Positions 55,774 through 63,390 of a stretch of DNA of 64,000 bases are shown piece after piece; within the stretch, counting starts at the first letter, position 1; every line of letters begins with the position of its first letter. The stretch covers positions 123,450-187,449 of the forward strand of contig CAYJGL010000001.1 of assembly GCA_964369695.1 (NCBI GenBank), given 5' to 3'. The DNA comes from an uncultured Clostridium sp. Lineage in GTDB: Bacteria > Bacillota > Clostridia > TANB77 > CAG-508. The notes under the pieces were generated by a model, which was given only the letters and a program-made list of their open reading frames with translations, had not been told where the DNA came from and did not search any database. A program made the translations under genes and the position numbers.

Positions 55774-55977
55774 ATGTGGGATTGGTTTAAAAATCTTGGT
55801 CGGCCTAAAAAGCCGACAAACATTGATTACCTGAACGCAATATTAGATCGCGTTCAGGTAGAAATGACAGTAGACCAACATGGATTAGTTGGTCCAGTCA
55901 AAATAGTTATAGGAAAAAAAGATGTTACAACCAACACCGTTGATACAACAATATCAACGGAAGCAACGGAAGATTAA
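55774..55977 (+). CDS. 67-aa ORF in GC-richer island; may be coding, a structured RNA, or both
   Basis: AAAGGAGG 5 nt before ATG and a promoter-like motif upstream support coding. Four strong hairpins inside the ORF argue for RNA/DNA structure (see the hairpin-cluster feature at 55799-55960). Confidence 0.45.
   Translation: MWDWFKNLGRPKKPTNIDYLNAILDRVQVEMTVDQHGLVGPVKIVIGKKDVTTNTVDTTISTEATED
55799..55960 (+). other. Cluster of four consecutive hairpins (possible structured RNA or protein-binding palindromes)
   Basis: H1: GTCGGC/GCCGAC, 55799-55817. H2: TACCTGAACGC/GCGTTCAGGTA, 55828-55860, 11 bp perfect. H3: GACCAAC/GTTGGTC, 55873-55894. H4: CCGTTGATA/TATCAACGG, 55937-55960, 9 bp perfect. 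Confidence 0.6.
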
Positions 55978-55979
55978 AC

Positions 55980-56031
55980 TTTTTAGAAGATGAAAAATAT
56001 ATTATAATTTTTTCATCTTCTAAAAATTTTT
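55980..56031. terminator. Bidirectional rho-independent terminator at a convergent junction
   Basis: 18-bp stem TTTTTAGAAGATGAAAAA (55980-55997) / TTTTTCATCTTCTAAAAA (56009-56026), followed by TTTTTATTT. Confidence 0.8.
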
Positions 56032-56257
56032 ATTTCATTCTAAATCCCATTTGAGGAAGTTGTCCAGTTGGAGTAGGAGATGCTGCTGGATTTCTATAAA
56101 TATTTTGAGTCTGTGACCTTTGATTTATATTTGATGGTCTTTGAGTTGGCGATCCACTTCTTGCTACTTGAGAATATCCTCCACCAGCAGAAGGTTGCCA
56201 TAATCTTTCAAATAATTCAGTAGAAAAACTTTCAAAAACCAAATCATTAATAGTCAT
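56030..56257 (-). CDS. N-terminally tagged small protein (MTINDLVFESF...)
   Basis: 75 aa, Pro/Gln/Ser-rich remainder. Confidence 0.65.
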   Translation of the reverse strand: MTINDLVFESFSTELFERLWQPSAGGGYSQVARSGSPTQRPSNINQRSQTQNIYRNPAASPTPTGQLPQMGFRMK

Positions 56258-56271
56258 ATTTTACTCCTTTA

Positions 56272-56724
56272 TTAATATTGTCTATTTGAATCATATTCTT
56301 TATTCTTAAAAAAATCAGAAATACCATTTTTAGCGTTAGTCCCTTTATTATACAAACGTTGAGCACCATAATGAGCTCCACCAGTTATAGCTCCTCCAAC
56401 TCCTGCTCCAACCATCATTGATTTTTTAAATGAATTTTTAGAATTTAGATCATTTAATCTATCCCTAAAGTAATTTTGAGCTTCGCCGGATTGAGCTGAA
56501 TTCAATTTATTTTCTAAACTTCTCCTTCTAAAAAAATTAACAACTTTACTTCCTATTCCAAAAGTAAGCCCAGATGCTAGTCCTCCTAATCCAGCACCTA
56601 CCATTGCTGTCTTAGAAGTTGCAGCATTAGCAGCAGAACCTAATCTACTTGTTCCTCCAGAAGATTGTGGAGGAGATTGTTCATTTTCAGTAAATGAATT
56701 TAGAACTAATAAATTTATATTCAT
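56272..56724 (-). CDS. N-terminally tagged glycine-zipper protein (MNINLLVLNSF...)
   Basis: 150 aa, GGAGAATTAA before ATG. Two internal repeats: MVGAGLGGLASGLTFGIG and MVGAGVGGAITGGAHYG. Confidence 0.75.
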   Translation of the reverse strand: MNINLLVLNSFTENEQSPPQSSGGTSRLGSAANAATSKTAMVGAGLGGLASGLTFGIGSKVVNFFRRRSLENKLNSAQSGEAQNYFRDRLNDLNSKNSFKKSMMVGAGVGGAITGGAHYGAQRLYNKGTNAKNGISDFFKNKEYDSNRQY

Positions 56725-56749
56725 TTAATTCTCCTTTCTTTTATATTTA

Positions 56750-56767
56750 TTATATCTATTTTATTTT
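56750..56767 (-). promoter_or_regulatory. Promoter-like motif AAAATAAAATAGATATAA
   Basis: Read on the minus strand, 25 nt upstream of ATG 56724. Confidence 0.35.
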
Positions 56768-56812
56768 GTATAATTTTAAAGGATATAATTAAGATAAAAA
56801 TTTATTTTATAT

Positions 56813-56834
56813 AAAAATAATATAGATATAAAAT
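56813..56834 (+). promoter_or_regulatory. Promoter-like motif AAAATAATATAGATATAAAAT
   Basis: 31 nt upstream of ATG 56863. Second, oppositely oriented copy in the same divergent gap. Confidence 0.4.
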
Positions 56835-56862
56835 ATAAAATAAAATTAGAAAGGATAATTTG

Positions 56863-57660
56863 ATGAATATGACTACTATTAAAAATTCAACTATTTCTTA
56901 TTTAAATCATAATTTAAAAAATTCTAAAATAATAGATTTTAGAAATATTAAATATGATGAATACAACATTATAACAGAAGATAATATCGAAGGAGATATT
57001 AAACGTTTATTAAATTTATTATATGGAAATACATTTACTGAAAATTATTTGAAAAATGAAGATTTTTTTGTTTCATATACAGATAAACTTCATAATAATC
57101 AAAAAAAGAATTTAGGAAAAAATAATTATCATAATATGGATAGTGATTTTTTTAAAGTACTTCCTATTTATAAATTTAATAATACTATGATAGACAATAT
57201 AGTATTAATGGATAATGATGATTGTTATTGGATAGTTAAAGAATATAGATTTGAATCAAACTATGATCAATTTATTTTATTTGATTTAAATCAAGATAAC
57301 AGACAGTTAATGTTTCAAAGAGGAGTATATTGGTTACAAGAAAATACAAATGATGAATTTATGTTTTATCCTTTAAATATCACATTTCATAATACTTACA
57401 AATACGAATTACACCCATATCCATTTAAAACATTATTATGGATGTTAAATAGAGTTATAAAAGCATATAATCAAATAAATATATTTAATAGTAATCAAAA
57501 AGTATTAGATAAAGATAATGACATCATTATAGTAAATAATAAATTAAAAGATGTTTTAGAAGAAACAGAGGTTATATCTGTATCTGGTCATTGGAGAACT
57601 ATTCAAAATGAAAATGTTTGGATAGATAAACACACAAGAAGTAAAGCTTTAAAAAAATAA
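56863..57660 (+). CDS. Hypothetical protein (265 aa)
   Basis: First gene of the plus block, with a promoter-like motif upstream and a terminator downstream. The track start is TTG 56860. Confidence 0.75.
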   Translation: MNMTTIKNSTISYLNHNLKNSKIIDFRNIKYDEYNIITEDNIEGDIKRLLNLLYGNTFTENYLKNEDFFVSYTDKLHNNQKKNLGKNNYHNMDSDFFKVLPIYKFNNTMIDNIVLMDNDDCYWIVKEYRFESNYDQFILFDLNQDNRQLMFQRGVYWLQENTNDEFMFYPLNITFHNTYKYELHPYPFKTLLWMLNRVIKAYNQINIFNSNQKVLDKDNDIIIVNNKLKDVLEETEVISVSGHWRTIQNENVWIDKHTRSKALKK

Positions 57661-57664
57661 AAAA

Positions 57665-57700
57665 ATAACAGGCTATTTAAAAAATAGTCTGTTATTTTTA
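57665..57700 (+). terminator. Rho-independent terminator
   Basis: 13-bp stem ATAACAGGCTATT (57665-57677) / AATAGTCTGTTAT (57684-57696) with one G-U pair, then TTTT. Confidence 0.7.
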
Positions 57701-57709
57701 AAGGAGATT

Positions 57710-58063
57710 ATGAAAATTATAACAGATATATTTGAAGGAATAATATATGATGAATTGGAATATTCTAAATTAATTTCTAAAAGAATCATTCATTCAACAT
57801 TATATCATAATATAACTTTAAAAAGTCTTAAATTTAAATTAGGACTTTTTAATTTTATTATTGAAATAGATTATATAATAATAGCAGAAAAGTCTTATAT
57901 TTCAAAGATAAAAACTATAAATATTGATTTAAACATTATTAAAAATCATAATTTAAAAAATGATAAATATATAAAAAAACTAATAACTATAAGATTTAAT
58001 CAAATTTTACAACAACGACTAGATTTAATTCAAATATATGAATTATGTAAATTAGAAAGATAA
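57710..58063 (+). CDS. Tandem paralog family member A
   Basis: AAAGGAG SD. C-terminus ...QQRLDLIQIYELCKLER (divergent family motif). Confidence 0.7.
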   Translation: MKIITDIFEGIIYDELEYSKLISKRIIHSTLYHNITLKSLKFKLGLFNFIIEIDYIIIAEKSYISKIKTINIDLNIIKNHNLKNDKYIKKLITIRFNQILQQRLDLIQIYELCKLER

Positions 58064-58073
58064 GGATTATTTT

Positions 58074-58472
58074 ATGATATTACCATTGTTAAAAGACTGT
58101 ATAATGAAAGATGTTGATTATAAAAAATATTTTTTAGAATTTAAATTAAGAAAAATAATGGACAATACGTATGCTGTACAGTTCTCTCTTTACCCAATAT
58201 ATTATAAGAATGATTTTATAATAACGACTATAATTGTTCATTATTTTTTAATATCAAATGTGTTAGCTATCGAAAATGTTTATTCATCTAATCAAACAAG
58301 ACATATAAAACTAGAGGATGAAATCAGTTCTTGTTTTAAGTCAAATCATATAGATATTAAAACTAAAAAAGAAATGGTTTTAAAATTGATAGAAGACAGA
58401 ATTCTTTATTATTTAATAATAAATGATAAAGTAACTTATGAAATAACTAAATTATCTTATAATATAGATTAG
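58074..58472 (+). CDS. Tandem paralog family member B
   Basis: C-terminus ...ILYYLIINDKVTYEITKLSYNID. Confidence 0.7.
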   Translation: MILPLLKDCIMKDVDYKKYFLEFKLRKIMDNTYAVQFSLYPIYYKNDFIITTIIVHYFLISNVLAIENVYSSNQTRHIKLEDEISSCFKSNHIDIKTKKEMVLKLIEDRILYYLIINDKVTYEITKLSYNID

Positions 58473-58482
58473 GAGGTATTAA

Positions 58483-58887
58483 TTGGAATTTAATATAAAT
58501 GAATTATTACATATGATAATATATTCTAAAAAATTCAATTTACCTATTATAAAAATTATTCGTGTTCAAATATTTAGTAATTTAGATCATATCATTTTTG
58601 AAATACATGAAGAGAATCTAATAACAAAATTCAATATATATTATTCTTTACAAGATACTAAAATAATAAGTTATCTTAACGTATTATCAGAATGCAAAAA
58701 TGTTAATTTTTTCTCAAAATATGAAAATGCTTTTCAAAAACATTCTTCAAAAGAATTTCTATTCAATAAAGAGGGTATAAATGAAAGAACAATAGAAATC
58801 AATAATGTGATTAATGAAACTATTGAAAATTATTTCAAGAATAATATGGAGAAATATGAAACTTTAAAATTATTATGGAAAATATAA
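58483..58887 (+). CDS. Tandem paralog family member C
   Basis: TTG start 6 nt after AGGAGG. C-terminus ...IENYFKNNMEKYETLKLLWKI. Confidence 0.7.
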   Translation: MEFNINELLHMIIYSKKFNLPIIKIIRVQIFSNLDHIIFEIHEENLITKFNIYYSLQDTKIISYLNVLSECKNVNFFSKYENAFQKHSSKEFLFNKEGINERTIEINNVINETIENYFKNNMEKYETLKLLWKI

Positions 58888-58888
58888 T

Positions 58889-59296
58889 ATGTTTTTTACA
58901 CATTTGTATAATGAATTTTTAAATTTGCATTTTGATTTTCAAAAAATATTCAAACAACACTTGCATACAACAACGAAATTAAAGAATAATGAAACAGTGT
59001 ATAGTATTAAAGGATTTACAAAAAAATTAAGAAATAAATCTTATTATATATGTGCATATGGCTTTAAAGGACATATAAAAGAGCACTATTATTTTGATAA
59101 ATGTTTTAGTTTTCCATTTCATGATATAACAGAAGAAATATATATATTATTTAGTGAAGATATATTATCTCCTAAATTTATTTTGAAAGGTCACCAGGTA
59201 CCTCTATCAAAAATCAAAAATATAATTACAGAACTAATAAAATTATATGATGAACAAAATTATTATAAATTCAAATTATTAGAATGGATTGATTAA
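58889..59296 (+). CDS. Tandem paralog family member D
   Basis: C-terminus ...ELIKLYDEQNYYKFKLLEWID. Confidence 0.7.
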   Translation: MFFTHLYNEFLNLHFDFQKIFKQHLHTTTKLKNNETVYSIKGFTKKLRNKSYYICAYGFKGHIKEHYYFDKCFSFPFHDITEEIYILFSEDILSPKFILKGHQVPLSKIKNIITELIKLYDEQNYYKFKLLEWID

Positions 59297-59703
59297 TGGA
59301 AATTCCCTTGACTTTTTTCAGACTATATTTCGATAATTTACATGAAAATCCAATAGATATTAAAAGTTTATTTAAAAGAATTGTGCGCTATGATATGAAA
59401 CCATATAATAAACACTTTATATATATATTCTTAAGCCATAAATTAAAAAATGATAATTTATTAAGAATTAAAGTTTTTGTATCAAAAAGAAATAATCAAC
59501 CTGAATTTATTAATTGTTATGAAGTTGATAAAAAATTAAAAATTGGAAAAAATAATAAATCAACAATACATAATTTAAAGAAACTGAATATACCAAAAGA
59601 ATATGAAAAAATGATTATATTAAGAAATGAAGATATTATATTAGATTTAATCAAATTATATAATCCTAAAATATATGAAGAAATAATACTATTAACATGT
59701 TGA
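59296..59703 (+). CDS. Tandem paralog family member E
   Basis: TAATG overlap. Internal LKIGKNNKSTIHNLKKLNIP. C-terminus ...ILDLIKLYNPKIYEEIILLTC. Confidence 0.7.
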   Translation: MEIPLTFFRLYFDNLHENPIDIKSLFKRIVRYDMKPYNKHFIYIFLSHKLKNDNLLRIKVFVSKRNNQPEFINCYEVDKKLKIGKNNKSTIHNLKKLNIPKEYEKMIILRNEDIILDLIKLYNPKIYEEIILLTC

Positions 59704-60053
59704 TTGATTTATTAAAAGCTATTGTATTTCAAAACTATAGAGATAATTGCATAATCATTAAAAATTTATATGTTAAAGATAAATATATAGACAATAATTC
59801 TGGATATATTTATTTAATACTAAAAAACAAAACTATAGATTTAAATATTCAAATAAATTTTCGAGTTTTTGGAACAAGTATAACTATAATATCTTATAAA
59901 TGGATTAGATTAAAAAGAAAAGGACAAATAGTATTTGAAACTAAAAAAATAATTGGACCTAATAAAAAAGGAAACATGTCCCTTGAATTAAATAAAATAA
60001 TAGATTCTGAATTTAGTAATATTAGTGAAATGATCAAATTATTAAACACATAG
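59697..60053 (+). CDS. Tandem paralog family member F (most divergent)
   Basis: C-terminus ...EFSNISEMIKLLNT. Same size class and position. Confidence 0.6.
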   Translation: MLIDLLKAIVFQNYRDNCIIIKNLYVKDKYIDNNSGYIYLILKNKTIDLNIQINFRVFGTSITIISYKWIRLKRKGQIVFETKKIIGPNKKGNMSLELNKIIDSEFSNISEMIKLLNT

Positions 60054-60065
60054 TAGGATTTTATA

Positions 60066-60446
60066 ATGATACATAAACTATTTGAATTATACTTTGAAAA
60101 TCCAGATGTATATAAATCTGTATTTCAATCTGTATTTCAAAATATATTAAAACATGATGAAAGAGAATATCTTTTCATAATCAATGATATAAAAACTAAT
60201 GGAACTGTGCGTATAAAAGCAAATATAAGGTTTCAAAATACAATCTCATTAAATGGGAAATGGGTATCGAATGATTTAAAAATAGGAAAAACAAATAAAT
60301 CAACTCAAAGATATCTAAAGAAGTGGGATTTGCCAGATCATATTAATAAAGATATTAAATCAATAAACATATACTCTTTTTTAATGAATTATCTTTCAGA
60401 AAATCATATTGAAATATATGAGACTTTAAAATTACAATTAAGCTAA
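60066..60446 (+). CDS. Tandem paralog family member G
   Basis: Internal LKIGKTNKSTQRYLKKWDLP. C-terminus ...YLSENHIEIYETLKLQLS. Lies directly upstream of the Doc-like gene. Confidence 0.7.
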   Translation: MIHKLFELYFENPDVYKSVFQSVFQNILKHDEREYLFIINDIKTNGTVRIKANIRFQNTISLNGKWVSNDLKIGKTNKSTQRYLKKWDLPDHINKDIKSINIYSFLMNYLSENHIEIYETLKLQLS

Positions 60447-60465
60447 TTTAATTAAGGATTATTAA

Positions 60466-60933
60466 ATGTATAAATTTATAAATTCACATAAGATCGGTTT
60501 AGATTATCTATCAAAGTATGATGCAAGGTTAATAGAAGAACCGACAAAAGAAATTAAATTAGAATACCCAAATAGCAACAAATATATAAAATATAAAGAT
60601 CTTCAATTTATAAATTTCGATATGATTTTTCAATTATATTATAATTTATTTCATATTAGGCTAAATGATAATAATAATAAAATACATTGTTGTTTAAATA
60701 GACCTTTATGTTTATTATCATATTCAGAAATGGATATAGATGAAATATCTAGAATTGTAGGAGAAAGTATAACTATGATTCATCCATTTCCAGATGGTAA
60801 TAAAAGAATGGCATATTTATGTACAAATTTATTTCTTAAAATAAATAATTTAAATTTATATAAAGATCATATAAAATTGTGCAATATGATAATTTATTAT
60901 TCATCAAATCAACGCGAAAAAATCAGGAATTAA
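60466..60933 (+). CDS. Doc-type Fic-fold protein (death-on-curing toxin-like kinase)
   Basis: HPFPDGNKRMAYLCTNLFL matches the Doc variant of the Fic motif H-x-F-x-(D/N)-(A/G)-N-K-R (P1 Doc HIFNDANKRTAL). 155 aa, AAGGA SD. Confidence 0.7.
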   Translation: MYKFINSHKIGLDYLSKYDARLIEEPTKEIKLEYPNSNKYIKYKDLQFINFDMIFQLYYNLFHIRLNDNNNKIHCCLNRPLCLLSYSEMDIDEISRIVGESITMIHPFPDGNKRMAYLCTNLFLKINNLNLYKDHIKLCNMIIYYSSNQREKIRN

Positions 60934-60934
60934 T

Positions 60935-61348
60935 ATGTATAACTACACAAATCATAAAAGACATGTTCAATTAAATATATTAATAAAACAATGTATGTTT
61001 GAAGAATATAATTATAAAGATATGTTTGAAACATTTGAAAGAATGGATAGCTTTAATGGAAATAACATTATTCGAATAAAATTATTGCCAGTTTTTATAA
61101 AACATTTAAACTGTACTGTTCAAACAATTGTTCAAGGAATATATGAACGAAAAACTATAAAATTTTATCAGATAAAGTCTTATAATGTCAAAGATTTAAA
61201 AACAGAAATAGATGATATACATAAAGCAAATAATAAAAAATTATTTGGGACTAAAATTACCAATGAAAAAGTATGGTTAAGAATATTAGACATACTTAAA
61301 ATAACAAATCATGAAAAATATGAATATTTTAAGATATTAACATTATAA
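60935..61348 (+). CDS. Tandem paralog family member H
   Basis: Starts 1 nt after the Doc stop. C-terminus ...LRILDILKITNHEKYEYFKILTL. Terminator follows. Confidence 0.7.
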   Translation: MYNYTNHKRHVQLNILIKQCMFEEYNYKDMFETFERMDSFNGNNIIRIKLLPVFIKHLNCTVQTIVQGIYERKTIKFYQIKSYNVKDLKTEIDDIHKANNKKLFGTKITNEKVWLRILDILKITNHEKYEYFKILTL

Positions 61349-61361
61349 TTTTAATTATAAA

Positions 61362-61400
61362 AATTGTTCTGAATATAATTTATTCAGAACAATTTTATTT
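61362..61400 (+). terminator. Rho-independent terminator inside the paralog array
   Basis: 14-bp perfect stem AATTGTTCTGAATA (61362-61375) / TATTCAGAACAATT (61381-61394), then TTATTT. Confidence 0.75.
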
Positions 61401-61415
61401 AAGAAGGTCAGAAAA

Positions 61416-61940
61416 ATGAAATATTCTTATTTTATATTAGGAGAGATGGTTGAAAAAGATAGTACTCTTAATATATTTGAAAAAGTAGAAAATATATCTT
61501 CAAATGTAAAACATGAAATATATTCAGACATCAATTATCAAACATATAAAATTATTACTAAACGAATAGATAATACAGAAATAATAATAACTCTTAATTA
61601 TTCAAATGATCCAGAAAGTATGGTGATATTGAGTATGAAGACAAATCAGAATATCTTTAAAAGATTTTTTTCTCTTTTTAAAAAAGAAGATAAATTAACT
61701 ATACTTGAAAAAATATTTAAATTAGAATATAAAATATATATTAAGAAATTAGAAGATAAGTATCCTAAAATATATAAAATGTTATTTAAAAAATATAAGA
61801 ACAGAGATAATTATAATAAACGCGAATCATATTATGATCTTAGATTTAAACGGATTATTATATTTAATAATATTATAGTAACTTTATTAAAACAATATGA
61901 TCCAGCACAATATGAAATAATATGTTTATTAGATTGTTAG
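61416..61940 (+). CDS. Tandem paralog family member I
   Basis: TLNIFEKVENIS near the N-terminus. C-terminus ...IVTLLKQYDPAQYEIICLLDC. Confidence 0.7.
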   Translation: MKYSYFILGEMVEKDSTLNIFEKVENISSNVKHEIYSDINYQTYKIITKRIDNTEIIITLNYSNDPESMVILSMKTNQNIFKRFFSLFKKEDKLTILEKIFKLEYKIYIKKLEDKYPKIYKMLFKKYKNRDNYNKRESYYDLRFKRIIIFNNIIVTLLKQYDPAQYEIICLLDC

Positions 61941-61953
61941 ACAAGGACATTAT

Positions 61954-62418
61954 ATGAATTTTCTATATTTAAAACAAATTATTGATTTATCAATAAATAG
62001 AAACTTAAACATATTTGAAAATATTTCAATTGATAAAAATGAAGATATATATACATTAAATATAGTTACAAAAAAATTAGACGATGATTTTATAAAACTA
62101 ATTATTTGTCGAAACTATATTGAAGATATCATATATGTTAAATCATTCAAAAATAATACAAATATTATAAAAAGAATAATCAGAAATGTATTTAAATATG
62201 AAATGAATAAAGATATTCAAAAGTTATTATCATATACTCCTCAATTTAATTATATTACAAAAGAAGCAGAAAATTTTATTTATCCATTTTTAACAAAAAA
62301 AATGATTTACAAAAAGACACATCAAAATATTCTAATACAATTAGAAATCATTTTAAAAAATCTTTTAAAAAAATATAATGTAGTAGAATTTGAAAAATTA
62401 AATTTACTATATTCATAA
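61954..62418 (+). CDS. Tandem paralog family member J
   Basis: NLNIFENIS. C-terminus ...LKNLLKKYNVVEFEKLNLLYS. Confidence 0.7.
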   Translation: MNFLYLKQIIDLSINRNLNIFENISIDKNEDIYTLNIVTKKLDDDFIKLIICRNYIEDIIYVKSFKNNTNIIKRIIRNVFKYEMNKDIQKLLSYTPQFNYITKEAENFIYPFLTKKMIYKKTHQNILIQLEIILKNLLKKYNVVEFEKLNLLYS

Positions 62419-62428
62419 TAGGCAAAAT

Positions 62429-62857
62429 ATGAAATCAGGAGACTATACTGGTATAATATTAAATAAATATAATAATGGTATTGATTTAAATATTTTTAAG
62501 AAATTTAAACAAACTACTATAAATGATTGGTATGAATGTTCAATTATAACAAAACAAATAAACAATTATGAATTAAAAATTAAATGTGATGTTCATAATC
62601 AACACCATTGGGTTATATTAAAAAGTGTAAAATATAATAATTTTATAATAACAATACTTAAAAAATTATATCAAAATCATAAATGGACATATGAAGATAA
62701 TCTTATAGAATTTTTTAAATCAGAAAGTATTTTAACAAAATACAAATATAGAACAATATTTGAAGATGCCTTATATAGTCATTTAGATATTATTTTATTA
62801 GATCTATTAAAGATATATAATCCTATAGAGTTTAAAAAAATAAAATCATTACAATAA
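62429..62857 (+). CDS. Tandem paralog family member K
   Basis: DLNIFKKFK. C-terminus ...LLDLLKIYNPIEFKKIKSLQ. Confidence 0.7.
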   Translation: MKSGDYTGIILNKYNNGIDLNIFKKFKQTTINDWYECSIITKQINNYELKIKCDVHNQHHWVILKSVKYNNFIITILKKLYQNHKWTYEDNLIEFFKSESILTKYKYRTIFEDALYSHLDIILLDLLKIYNPIEFKKIKSLQ

Positions 62858-62865
62858 AGGACATC

Positions 62866-63378
62866 ATGTTTAAATTCATAAATATAATCCACAAATCTAT
62901 ACCAAATTCAGACAATGTTTATAATTTAAATTTATTCGAATATATTAAATTTACTAAAATTAACACATTTAATAAAATATATAAAACATATGAAACATAT
63001 GAAGTTTCATTAGTAACAAAACAAATATATAGAAAAAAATTAAAATTAGAATATTATATTCTTTTAAATGATTTTAATATATTAAGAATTACGGATGTTG
63101 AAATTATAAATGGACATTCTTTATTTTTAAAAATTGTCAATTTATTTAAAAAAAAGAAATATGATAATATTGACTACATATATTCACATTTTAAATTATA
63201 TAATCAGATTAATAAATTATCCAATTTAAATAAAAAATTAAATATTAAAGATCAAAATGCAACAAATATAAATTTAAGTACTATAGATGAATTAATAAAA
63301 AAAGATTATAACAATATTCTTGAAGAATTGTTAATAAGATATAATCCTATTGAATATGAAATTTTAAAATTAAGTTAA
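62866..63378 (+). CDS. Tandem paralog family member L
   Basis: NLNLFEYIK. C-terminus ...LEELLIRYNPIEYEILKLS. Confidence 0.7.
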   Translation: MFKFINIIHKSIPNSDNVYNLNLFEYIKFTKINTFNKIYKTYETYEVSLVTKQIYRKKLKLEYYILLNDFNILRITDVEIINGHSLFLKIVNLFKKKKYDNIDYIYSHFKLYNQINKLSNLNKKLNIKDQNATNINLSTIDELIKKDYNNILEELLIRYNPIEYEILKLS

Positions 63379-63390
63379 AGGACTAGTTAT

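Noticed and set aside
60066-60446. Upstream neighbour of Doc as a Phd/YefM antitoxin.
   Set aside because: It is a clear member of the paralog array (C-terminal IEIYETLKL, internal LKIGKTNKST) with no resemblance to Phd. A neutralising role is kept only as a hypothesis in the findings.
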